DNA of 64,000 nucleotides. Source: Mobula birostris. Lineage: Eukaryota. The notes under the pieces were generated by a model. The model saw only the letters and a list, made by a program, of their open reading frames with translations, searched no databases and was not told the origin of the DNA. Shown here piece by piece: positions 1 to 10,778 of the stretch; within the stretch, counting starts at the first letter, position 1; every line of letters begins with the position of its first letter. Position numbers and translations under genes: made by a program. Location of the stretch: the NCBI RefSeq assembly GCF_030028105.1, contig NC_092382.1, forward strand, positions 19,385,792 through 19,449,791, written 5' to 3'.

Positions 1-341
1 ATAGATAGGGTGGATAGCCAGTACTTGTTTCCCAGGGCACGAATAGCGAACATCAGAGGGCATATGTACAAAGTAAAGGGAGGGAAGTTTAGGGGAGACA
101 CCAGAGGTAAGTTTTTTTACACAGAAGGTTGTGGATGCCTGGAATGACCTGGAATGATGGTGGTGGACGCTAAAACTTTAGGGGTATTTAAGAGCCTCTT
201 GGACAGGCACATGGATGAAAGAAAAATGGTGGGTTACAGGTTAGTGTTGGTTTAGTACTTTTTTAAAGGATTTTATGGGTCCGAACAACATCAAGGGCCG
301 AAGGGAATGTACTGTGCTGTTGTGTTCTATGGTTCTATGGT
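1..341 (+). mobile_element. CR1 LINE 3' end
   Basis: Translates to the CR1 ORF2 C-terminus (IDRVDSQYLFP...RGHMYKVKGGKFRGD...QKVVDAWN) and ends in a short tandem tail TTCTATGGTTCTATGG. Confidence 0.85.
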
Positions 342-465
342 CATTGTAAAGCGGGCGAATAATGAGTCGAACAAGGACAACGCTGGGCTGCATTGCTGCA
401 GAATTTGCCTGCAATGAGTGGTGAATTATTTGGGCCAGGCAGGGAAACATCACTACATCACTAAT

Positions 466-3400
466 TTATGACATCCTTGCGGCAATGAGAGCCAGGGGAT
501 GTTTTATCGCGTCCTTCAGTTGCTCCCTGAACTTGGTCTGGGTGACGGCGTAAAGAGCCGTGTTTGTGCAGCAGCTCAGAAGCTGCAGCATCGAGCCCAG
601 TCCTCGCAGAGAATCAGGAGGATGTGCCAACGCAGAGAGAACCGACAGCCGGTTCCACACAGAATACACAGTGAACGGTGCCCACAGCAGGACGAAATTG
701 CCAGAGGTGATCAGCAGTAAAACGAAGGATTTTCTGCGACTCTCCATCTGCGGGTCTCTGTCACCCTGTCCCTTGTCAGCACGCCGGAGTCTCCTGCGCC
801 CTCTGCTGGTGACTAGAACATGCCAGACAGTTAATCGATTCGTCAGGAGAGCCAGCAGACGTGGGGTCACAGGGGTGAGGAGTTAATGAAATAAGTCCAT
901 TGGCATTGCGACAGATAACGACACATAACGCGCGGTTCGCATACAAATAAATGGATCAATTATCACTGAGGAACGCTCGAGAGCCGAAAATACAAGTAAA
1001 TGTTTCTTAAGCAGCTAATTACAGTCACTGTCCCCAGAATCACAGCCGCAGTTTTGCCAGTGCAATATTTTGTTTTCAGCTTCTGGCAACAAATGGCCAC
1101 GAACCGGTCAAAGGTGAAAGTGACGGTGAACCAGACCGAACAATCGGTGGCGGTGTAAAGCGGGACGGCGTGGATATTACACACCGGTGTATCCCCGGCC
1201 CAGAAGGTAAATTCCATTGGCACGTCAGTATACGGGATCTTGCTCAGTATCAGGTCCAGGACAACGACCATAAGATCCGTCGCTTCCATGGCAACCAGGT
1301 AGCGAGTGACAACTCTGGAGAGACCGCACTTTCCTCCTGACAGGAGTAAAATCGTCACCAGGTTCACTGCGAGAAGCATAAAAAAATCAGTGTACAAACA
1401 TCCGGAAGCGTTCTCTATTATCATACATTTTATCCGATTTGTTCTCTGCCACGTTCGTTAATCATTGCTGCTCAGGAAAATTATCCAGAAAATCAATTAT
1501 TAGAATCAAATCGCAAGTGAAATCGGTGAAAAATATCATGCACATTTGTGTATCAATATCACCCAAAAGCAGCAGCGAATAACACGGATAACGATCACTG
1601 ATATTTGGTAACTTCGGGCGTGTTCGGGGAGAAGGTGTAAATGGGACATCAAATACGAACTCTACAGAAACTTAAATAAAATTAAATAACTTTCCGCAAC
1701 AATGACTGTTTAAATCAACGGCAGGCTCCCTCCCCTGATCATTATACCCTACTGCAAATGTCTTTGGCATATTTGTTTGTCAAATTAGCAGCAGCAGTTC
1801 AATGCAATACACAATCAAGCAGACAGAGAAAAAAGAAGATAATAAATATAAATAAAACATATTAAATAAATAAACAAGTAAATTAATTGCGTATGTTGAA
1901 TAGATTATTTTTAAAATGTGCAAAAACAGAAATACTGCATATTAAATAATGAGGCCGTGTCCAAATCTTGATAGTCCATTCAGGAATCGGATGGCAGAGG
2001 GGAAGAAGCTGTTCCTGAATCGCTGAGTGTGTGCCTTCAGGCTTCTGTATCTCCTACCTGATGGTAACAGTGAGAAAAGGGCATGCCCTGGGTGCTGGAG
2101 GTCTTTAATAATGGGCGCTGACTTTTCGAGACACTGCTTCCTAAATATGTCCTAGGTACTTCGTAGGCTAGTGCCCAAGATGGAGATGACCAGATTTACA
2201 ACCTTCTGCAGCTTCTTTCGATTCTGTGCAGTAGCCCCTCCATACTATACAGTGATGCAGCCCGTCAGAATGCTCTCCACAGTGTAACTAGATAAGTTTT
2301 TGAGTGTATTTGTAGACATGCCAAATCGCTTCAAGCTCCTAAAAATGTATAGCTGTTGTCTTGCCTTCTTTATTTCTGCAACAATATGCTGGGACCAGGT
2401 TAGATCTTCAGAGATCTTGACACCCAGAAACTTGAAGCTGCTCACTCTCTCCCTACTTCTGACCCCTCTATGAGGACTGATGCGTTGTACTTCGTCTTAC
2501 CCTTCCTGAAGTCCATAACCAGCTGTTTCGTCTTACTGCTGTTGAGTGTCAGGTTGTTGCTGCGGCACCACTCCACTAGGTGGCATATCTCACTCCTGTA
2601 CGCCCTCTCGTCACCACCTGAGATTCTACCAACAATGGTTGTATTTTACACAGTCCCGTATTGTCAACATAGAGCGGAAAACCAGCTTTCAAATCTGGCC
2701 CGAGAAAAATATGTTGCGAATTACTGACAAATACAGGACGTCTTCCTGGTGCTGCCCGCTCCCTCCCCTCTCCCCCCCCCCCCACTTTTTCCAACTACTA
2801 TCCCCTCTCCCTGACCCTTTCCCACTCAGTCCACAACAGAGACCCATATCAGAATGAGGATCATCATTACCATCTCACCTCAAGAAATTATTTATTATTG
2901 AGCCAGCAGTACAGAGTAATATACAATTACTACAGTTCTGTGGCGAGGTCTCGGGCATCCTCGCTCTGTATAAAATACTGTCACTAGTGGACCATCCTGT
3001 CAGCAGTAGCTCCAGTGAATTCGCTCAATGTACGAGTGATTCCGAGGAGCGGAATCCATCCATAACCCATTAACCGATTTAAATCTGCTGACCGATAGCT
3101 CGGAGAAGCTGGTCGACTCTCTGACACGTTGAACAGAAGATCTGATTTTGCCTCAGCGGATGTTATGTTCACAAGCCGGAAGTTAACTGGGCAAATGATA
3201 TTCCTCTGGAATTTTTCCTCCACGCTTCTTTATCCCCCTCAGATACTCCTGCCCTTATTAAAGAGATTTTCCTCCATTCCTTTGCATTTTATTTCATTCG
3301 TGGTTTAAAAAAAATACTTCCCCGGAATAAGGACCCTCTATTATCCCCAAAGCAATGACTCACTGTCAGAATTTCATGGCCTTTTCGTAACCTTCAGTGT

Positions 3401-4879
3401 GCAGATTTTTTGTTTGTTTTTGTCACTTCAGAGCAGCAACCAAGTTGGCAGTCAAATGTAAACGCCGACTAAATAGTTGAGGACGCTTTTGAATTGCAAT
3501 AGGAGAATGGAATCAGTTTTGTACCTGGATTATTCGAAATCACTGAGACCACAGTCAATTTTCGCGAGTCAAAAATTCAAAAAAATAAACACTCACAGAT
3601 AGGACAATTGCATTTTATCATTGTTGAGTTCCTATCGTAGAATCAAATCTGATACAGATATCGATTGGAGGAGGATAATCAGAAGAGAGCGAATGATTGT
3701 GAGAATAATTTAACAATAATATAGTCGAAATTGAGATCCCTTTCCTTTTTTTTTGAGTGAAATGCCAATGGAATTCAAGGAAGAAGTCGAAACTTCGGAC
3801 GGTGTTGCAGAATTCAGTCCATATAGACAACTACAGTTTCGACTACACAATGTTATGCAGATGAATATTGTTTGAAATGACCAGAGAATAACAGAGTCGG
3901 GAATATTCACCATAATGTAACTCCTCTCAGGAGAAGACAGATAACAAGCCGTCTCTCTTTATCATTATTATAACCCAATTCTGCGAAAGCCTCAGAGTGA
4001 CATTTGAAAAGCGAATGAAGGATTGTTTTAAATCACGTGAATTACCAGAGGAAAGGACAGAGGTGGAACAATTCAGACATTTGCTCTCAAATTCCGGTAA
4101 TGCGGAGATAGAGCTGCAGCGGGACGAATGCCAGTGGTGAACCGTGAGGAAAGGATCACGGATTCCCTGGACACCCGGGAGTTTTAGAATAGACAGTCGG
4201 TTCTGGGAGAAGTGGGAAGGCGGGATGTTCTGTTCGATGACGTGGCAGGCACGTACGGAGCCGGGCGGTGCTGGGTGAGCGGTGACGTTGGCGGCTGGTT
4301 GATAGTCAGACCGGTTGTCTGTGAGAATAATGCACGTTTAGAAGTCAGATTAAATTCCGTTGCAAACACAAGGAGTTTGAAGCAACTTGACTCAAAACCC
4401 GATATTTTCGAGCGGACGATGGAGCGACTGAGAGAAAGCAACGCTTCCAGAGGCAAAATATCAGAACCTCGTTTATGAACTGATGTGAGCAACGATTGAA
4501 CGGAGTTTACCGATTGGATCAATGGCCATAACACCCGCAGATTTACAAGAACCACAGTGAACAGAATCGTTGCAGAATTTGAACCTTTGGGGATTTCTTA
4601 CCTGGAGTGTGCGACAGTATCAATAATTTCAAATGGGTGATAAATATTAGAAAGCGGTTAAATATTGTTGTATAGTTGAGTTTTGGAGAGACACTCACCG
4701 GGAAGAACAACGATAGCGAGACAAGGGTAGTAAATCACTTGAATGACTTTTAATGCGTGCGTGATTCGAAGATCCAAGGTCATCCATTCATGCTTCGCAA
4801 AGATAAATTGAGCAGCCCAGAAGACATTGTCCCGAGTTTCTGTCACATTCCACGTTTCTGTTCCCGGACTCTGATCCAT
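466..4879 (-). pseudogene. GPR139-like class A GPCR, two exons (4879-4699; 1366-466), disrupted
   Basis: Exon 1 MDQSPG...IQVIYYPCLAIVVLP ends at a GTGAGT donor (4698). Exon 2 starts after a CAG acceptor: VNLVTILLLSGGKCGLSRVVTRYLVAM...TDCSVWFTVTFTFDRFVAICCQKLKTKYCT...RRKSFVLLLITSGNFVLLW...LLSCCTNTALYAVTQTKFREQLK. There is a frameshift near 960-975 and an in-frame TAA at 885-883 (H*LLTP). Confidence 0.85.
1770..2643 (-). mobile_element. Rex1/Babar-type non-LTR retrotransposon 3' fragment in the GPCR intron
   Basis: SFKFLGVKISEDLTWSQHI...KARQQLYIFRSLKRFG...ESILTGCITV matches the Rex1/Babar RT C-terminal region. Boundaries approximate. Confidence 0.75.
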
Positions 4880-4994
4880 TACGGAACAAGCAAACCTTCC
4901 TTCCGCAGGGTGTGCTCTCTCTGTCCCGCTGTGTGGATCGGCGAGTCGCTGTGAGTGTCGGAGCGGCTGCTCAGTGAGAACTCAGTGATTCCGA

Positions 4995-5065
4995 TGCTAT
5001 TTAATAGGAGAGGGAAACTCCCTTGTGACGCCAAAACCCTCCGTGGAAATGACGATATTGGCATT
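4995..5065 (-). promoter_or_regulatory. Putative core promoter of the GPCR (TATA-like TATTAAATAG, CCAAT)
   Basis: On the minus strand, TATTAAATAG lies about 120 nt upstream of the ATG and a CCAAT lies near 5057-5061. Motif match only. Confidence 0.3.
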
Positions 5066-5353
5066 TAATGAAATGGCAGATGCGGTTAACCCTTTCTGCA
5101 CAGCAGCTGCGTAGCAGGTGTGGAGGTGTTGTAAAATAATTTCGCGCAATGAAGTTTTATGTGTTCATAATTTGTTTATTAAAATATTCAGTAGAGTTAG
5201 CAAAAACTGAGTCAGAGTAAAATTCGAAGTTAAGGTTAGAATAAAATGTGCAGATTCTCTCATTAAGTTTCTTTAAATAAAACAGGTATTTGTTTCAAAA
5301 GCTTACTTTTCATATATTCTGAATGAAAAGCAGCGTGGCATAAGTATTTGGCT

Positions 5354-5550
5354 GAGAGAGTGAGAGGGAGAGAGAGATAGCGAGAGGGGGAGAGAGGGAG
5401 AGAGACACAGGCAGACAGACAAAGAGGGGGAGGAGAGAAAGAGAAAGGGAAAGAGTGAGAGAGACAGAGTGAAAGAGACAGACAGAATGAGAGAGAGAGA
5501 GAGGGAGAGAGAGAGAGAGAAACTGACAGAGGGAGGGAGAAAAGGACAGA
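5354..5550. repeat. Imperfect (GA)n microsatellite
   Basis: GAGAGA/GACAGA runs directly visible. Confidence 0.9.
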
Positions 5551-5570
5551 GCCTGACAGAATGTTCTCCC

Positions 5571-6000
5571 ATCTACAGAAGTTTTTGAGTGTTTTTTATC
5601 GACAGATCAAATCACTTCAAACTAAAAATGAAGTATAGTCGCTGTCTTGCCTTTATAGCTGCATTGATATGTTGGGACCAGGTTAGAACCTCAGAGATCC
5701 AGACACCCAGGGACTTGAAACAGCTCACTCTCTCCACTTCTGATCTCTCTATGAGGATCGGTATCTGATCCTTATTTTTACCGTTCCTGAAGTCCACAAT
5801 CACCTCTTTCGTCTTACTGACGTTGAGGGCAAGGTTGTGGCTGAGACACCACTCCACTAGTTGGTATATCTCGTTCCTCTGCGCCCTCTCGTCTCCATAT
5901 CATATTCTACCAACAATGGTTGTATCATCAGTGAATTTACAGATGAGCAATGCCTAGCCATACGGTCATGGGTGTACAGACAGTAGAGCAGTGGGCTAAG
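5571..6000 (-). mobile_element. Rex1/Babar fragment
   Basis: EWCLSHNLALNVSKTKEVIVDFR...VERVSCFKSLGVWISEVLTWSQHI...ARQRLYF; similar to 2290-2640. Confidence 0.75.
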
Positions 6001-6309
6001 CCCCGGGATCTCCGGTCTCCTGAACCTGGTGGCCGGTCCGACGGTGGCGGGGATGCCGAACGCCGCCTTTATCGCCCCATCTCTCCGTCACCCCACTTTC
6101 AGGGAACCGTCTCCCAAAACCTGGTGTGTTCCGTCACCACTGTCACTCCCTCTCCGTCACCCAAAACCTGTCACGCCTGTCACCCCCTCTCCGTCTCCCC
6201 ACTTTCAGGGAACTGTCTCCCAAAACCTGGTGTGTTCCGTGGAGAGAAAGCTACATTCCTGAGACAAGAGTTAACACAGATTTCTCTCCACTCCCCCCGA
6301 CACTTGTAA

Positions 6310-7560
6310 ACACATCTCCCTCTCCCACACTCCCCCTCTCTCCCCACCCAACGTGCTCCTTCCCTCTCCCCCGTCTCTACCCTATTCCCCAAACTTCCCC
6401 CCCTCAGTCTTACCGGCCATCTCTCCCTGTTCACTCCCCCCTCACTATCTCTTCCCCTCTCACCCCGCCCTCGAAACTGCCCCTCTTCTCTCTCACACTT
6501 TCAACTCTCCCACACTCTATCTCTCCTCTCTGCTCAACTTTGTCTTTCACCCCCTTTCCCCTTCTCCGTCTCTCACCCCCTCTCTCCCCTCTCCCTCTTT
6601 CACCCCTCTCTGTCCCTCACCCTTCTCGATTTCCCACCCCTCTCCCTCTTTTACCTCGTTCACCCCTCTCTGTCCCTCATCCCTCTCCGTCTCTCCCCCC
6701 TGTTCTCCACCTTTCTCTCCCTCCCTGTCCGACCTCTCTCATCTCCTGCCTCTCACGTTTCCCTCCCCCCCTCTCTACCCTCTGTCTCCCACCGCTCCCT
6801 CTCCTCCCTCTCTCTCTCCCCTGTCTGACTCTCCCTCTATCAACTATTCTCTGCCCCCTCTCCTCTTTCTCCCCATCTCTCTCCCACCCACCCCCTCTCT
6901 TCCTCACCCATCGCCCCCCAGTCTCTTCCTCCCCGTCTGGGTCTCCCACCTCCGCCTACCCCGCACTCCCACTCCCGACCCTACCCTCTCTTCTGTCTCT
7001 CTCTTCCCCGGACCAAGCCCCTCCCTTTCTGTCTCTCTCACCCCATGTCTCCCTCTCTCCCTCTGGCAGAGGTCTGTGAGCGGGGTGACGGTGATTTTGC
7101 TGGTGAACTGCCTGGTCTCCCTGGTGATGTCCGTCCTCACGGCCATCGTCAACTGCAGGAACCTCGAGTGCTGCGCCGTGCGGCCTCCGGTGGTGAGTGG
7201 GATCTTCCTGTGCACCGGGGGAGTGTGGGCGGCGGGGGATGGGACGTGGGTGGGAGAGATGGGGGGAGATGGAAAGAGGGTGGGGAGAGACGGCAGGGAG
7301 CAAGAGAAAGAGATGGGGGCAGAAAGGGAATGAAAGAGGTGGGGAGAGGAGGATAGGGTGGGGGAGAGAGGGGCGGAAGAGATTGAGGGAGAAGAGGGGA
7401 CAGAGGGGACTGAGGGAGAGAGAGGTTGGGGGAAGAGATGCAGAGAGAAGAGGGGACGGAGGGAGAGAGAGGCTCAGGGAGTGGGCAGTGGATTCCGTCT
7501 CCTCTCCTCACCTTCTCTTTCTCCCCTCCCCTCCTCAATCTGATCCCTCCCTCTCCCCCA
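6310..7560. repeat. Low-complexity C/T-rich tract (6310-7065) and G/A-rich tract (7240-7480)
   Basis: Strong pyrimidine or purine strand bias. This explains the long Pro/Ser/Leu ORFs here. Confidence 0.85.
7070..7192 (+). CDS. Penultimate exon of a probable MS4A-like tetraspan membrane protein (last TM helix plus Cys-rich juxtamembrane segment)
   Basis: Polypyrimidine tract plus CAG acceptor, 123 nt phase 0-0, RSVSGVTVILLVNCLVSLVMSVLTAIVNCRNLECCAVRPPV, GTGAGT donor at 7193, GC3-rich codons. The family call comes from resemblance to MS4A TM4 followed by C..CC. Confidence 0.55.
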
Positions 7561-7567
7561 CCCACAG

Positions 7568-7669
7568 AGAATGGTGGTGATCCACGCTAACCAGCCCGCA
7601 CCGCCGGACCTCGCCTTCATCTTCTCCAGCGAACTGGCGCCCACCCCGGCCTCTGACGGGCCCCGGTGA
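7568..7669 (+). CDS. Terminal exon of the same MS4A-like gene
   Basis: CCCACAG acceptor, in phase with the previous exon: RMVVIHANQPAPPDLAFIFSSELAPTPASDGPR*. Confidence 0.55.
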   Translation, partial: RMVVIHANQPAPPDLAFIFSSELAPTPASDGPR

Positions 7670-9265
7670 CGACACGTTCCCCGCTCCACGGGACAGCCCA
7701 AAGGATTCGGGCCGAGCGGCCTGAGAGAAAAATCAAGGCGGGATTTTGGAGATGGAGTTGGGGGGGGGGCGGTTGGTGGGTGACATTCCCGTGGTCACAT
7801 TCCTCCCCGTGGGTACCCCCCAGTTCAAGCTCCCTTGTTACAAGTCGGTCTGTCCCACCCTCGCCATCCGGTCACTCCTGAAACACTCCGCTCTCTGTCC
7901 CCTCTATCACCGCCATCTCACCCTGGCTGGTGGCCATTTTGTGATGGCTGCTATTGATAACTGCTCTCCCAGCATCGTAGAAATAGTCACATCCTTTTCC
8001 TCATCTCCCACTCGCTTCCCTCCCTGTTTATTCAATCTCAACTCCTCATCCCTCCTCTTTCCCTCCCTCCTCGCTCTCCCAACTCTCCATTTAACCTTCT
8101 GCTGACAGCCATTTTGTGACAGGTTGTGACCCTCCCTCCCACTTCCTCCACCATGAAGTATGTCACTCCCTCACACTCACCATCTTGTCAACCCCTTTCC
8201 CATCCCATCACTCACAAACCCCTCCTCTCCCTCCCTCCCGTCGCTTTCCTCTCCCCACCACCTCGATGTTGTGCACTTTATGCTGGTTGGCTGCCATTTT
8301 ACGATGCCAATTTTCGCCTCTCCTCATCGCCGCTTCTCTCTCTGTTACCGAGTGAGTCTCTCCCCTACTCACCCCGTCACTCCTGACACCCTCCCCTCTC
8401 TGTCCCCTTGTCCTTTCTCCCGCCATCCACCACATCCTGGGTGGTGAACATTTTCCGATGGGAAATTTCCCTTCCCTCCATCGTTGAGTGAGTATCTCCC
8501 CTCTCCCTCCGTTACGACACTCAACTCTCCGTCCATCAGCCCTGACCGCGTCCCGACCCCTCGCTCCCCCTCGCTCCCCCTTTCCCCTGTCCGCACCCCC
8601 CTCTTCTTGCAGCTCGTCTTATTTGCGAAGGATCGTAACCACCCACCCTTCCTGCTCTATTGAGTAAGTCACTCCCTATACACTCCCCATCCTGTTCCTG
8701 CCCACCCTGTCCTATCAGACCCCTCTCTCCTAGTCCTGTAACTTCCCCTCTCTTCCCGTCCCATCAGTTTCCCTCCCTCCCCGTCCCATCAGTTTCCCTC
8801 CTTCCTGGTCACACCACTCCCGCTCCCTTCCTGTCGTTTCACTCCTCTTCACCCCGTCTCAAACCACCAGTTTGTGACAGGAACTTTTGCCCCTTTTCGT
8901 CCCCTACTGAGTCAGTGACTTCGCCACGGTCACCGTCTCATCAGTCCACTCCTCGTCCCATCACTCCTCTTCCTCCCAAACCCCTCACCCCTCTCCCCAA
9001 AATCCACATGTATATGTGTATGTGTGAATATCTGAGATATATACATTAGTTTATTCAATGAGAAAATTATTAGAATTCAAACATACATGCAATACCCAAG
9101 ACGATATAAAACACAAATTAAAATACTGTTATTACAATCAATAACACACTCGATCCCGGGATTGTATCCACGGGCACCGTATGTTCCTTCGCCATAGATT
9201 CTGTGTGCGACAGTGGCCCATTGTAAGTCAGTGTCTCACTCCATCCCTGGCGGCCACATTAACCA

Positions 9266-9670
9266 AGGAACACACACAAAAAATGCTGGTGAACACAGCA
9301 GGCCAGGCAGCATCTCTAGGAAGAGGTACAGTCGACGTTTCGGGCCAAGATCCTTCATCAGGACTAACTGAAAGAAGAGGTAGTCAGAGATTTGAAAGTG
9401 GGAGGGGGAAGGGGAGATCTGAAATGACAGGAGACGACAGGAGGGGGAGGGATGGGGCCAAGAGCTGGACAGGTGATTGGCAAAAGGTATACAGAGATGG
9501 AGGAGGGGGAGGGTCATGCGACAGGAGGCCTAGGGAGAAAGAAAGGGGGAAGTGAAACCCACTATAGTGAGAGGCACAGAGGGAGAATAAAGGGAAAGAA
9601 AAAAATGGGGAAAAATAATAATGATAATAAATAATAAATAAGGGATGGGGTACGAGGGAGAGGTGGGGCA
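9266..9670 (-). mobile_element. Penelope-like element terminal repeat
   Basis: Same sequence family as 28342-29059 and as the ends of the GIY-YIG-containing copies at 39 kb and 46 kb; contains a hammerhead core. Confidence 0.75.
9329..9366 (-). ncRNA. Minimal type I hammerhead ribozyme motif (Penelope type)
   Basis: TAGTC-CTGATGA-AGGATCTTGGCCC-GAAA-CGTC-GACTG; stem II has one mismatch. Confidence 0.6.
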
Positions 9671-9671
9671 C

Positions 9672-10068
9672 GTGTGAGTGAGGCGAGGGACAGAAGGATT
9701 ATACAGATCAATAGTGGCTGAGAGGATCGTGCAGGAGGGAGGGCTTCAGGGTTTTAGATAATTGGGCTTTGTTCCAGGGAAGGTGGGATCTGTTCCGACG
9801 GGATGGTTTACACCTGAACTGGAGGGGTACTAACATTCTTGCAGGAAAGTTTTGCTTGGGCTGCTTGGGGGGGGTTTAAACTAAATCTGCAGGGGGCAGG
9901 GATCCAGAATGTGAGAGAGGATAGCGAGATGAAGTATAAAGGACAGGTGGGGACTACACGGTTCCGGAATGCGAAGTGTGAAGTAGAGAAAGGTGAGGCG
10001 GAACGAGTGATAAGGAGGATACATGTGCAGAGGGATGGTCTGACGGAGCATGGAGTTAAATGTGTGAG
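9672..10068 (+). mobile_element. Internal CR1 fragment (end of ORF1 SGNH esterase through ORF2 start)
   Basis: EGFRVLDNWALFQGRWDLFRRDGLHLNWRGTNILAG; homologous to 34130-34450. Confidence 0.7.
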
Positions 10069-10690
10069 CTGCTGACGTGCGGGAATAAATAAGCTGCTCC
10101 CGACTCAATCACAGTCACACAGAACTAACTGACCGGCGACAACGGGTGACCGGTTGAATAATCAGTCCCGTTTCTCACCGTCACTCTGCATCGGGGAACC
10201 GATGATTATTAAATCACACTTCAGGGCTGTGTCCGGGATCGCTACAGATCCAGGGTCACTGCCGAGGTATTTGTCAATTTAACATCATTATATCAGCCAG
10301 ACTGCCGAATGCACCGTCCTCAGCAATGGGAGCAAAAGGATTCTCTCCCGGGATAATCCCACCCCGGGACACCGGTGTCCCAGACTGAGCCCGGCCCCCG
10401 GGCTCTTCCTGTCTGTGTAATTACCCGGGTCTCACGTGAAGGGGGGGGGTCTCAAACCTGCACATCCGGCGGAAGCAGCGCCGCTGGACAGGAGACGGAA
10501 ATACGTCACCTCGGGCACGCAAAGATCAACACAAAGCGTGAGCACGGAACTAGCTCCGTTAGAACGGTTGGGAATTAAACCTGGCGCGCGGACATTAAAG
10601 GTAAGGGGAAGGTGGGAGTTAAAGGGGAGGGCGGGGAATCGGCTAAAATGTCGGCATCCCGCGGGCGGGGATGTTCACACATTCAGATGT

Positions 10691-10778
10691 TCACACGAAC
10701 ACGGTCAGTCCGGGTCTGGGTTCCCGCAGAGATCTCAGTTCATTCTCCCCGGTCTCACTGAACTCATTGTAAAGCAGC
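10691..10778 (-). CDS. NLR terminal coding exon
   Basis: TTTCAG acceptor; [28 protein letters not shown]. Confidence 0.85.

Noticed and set aside
4184-4555. CpG-rich overlapping ORFs in the GPCR intron
   Set aside because: No recognisable motif or splice structure.
6126-7333. 317-aa and 326-aa Pro/Ser/Leu-rich ORFs
   Set aside because: Low-complexity C/T tract lacking stop codons; only 7070-7192 looks coding.
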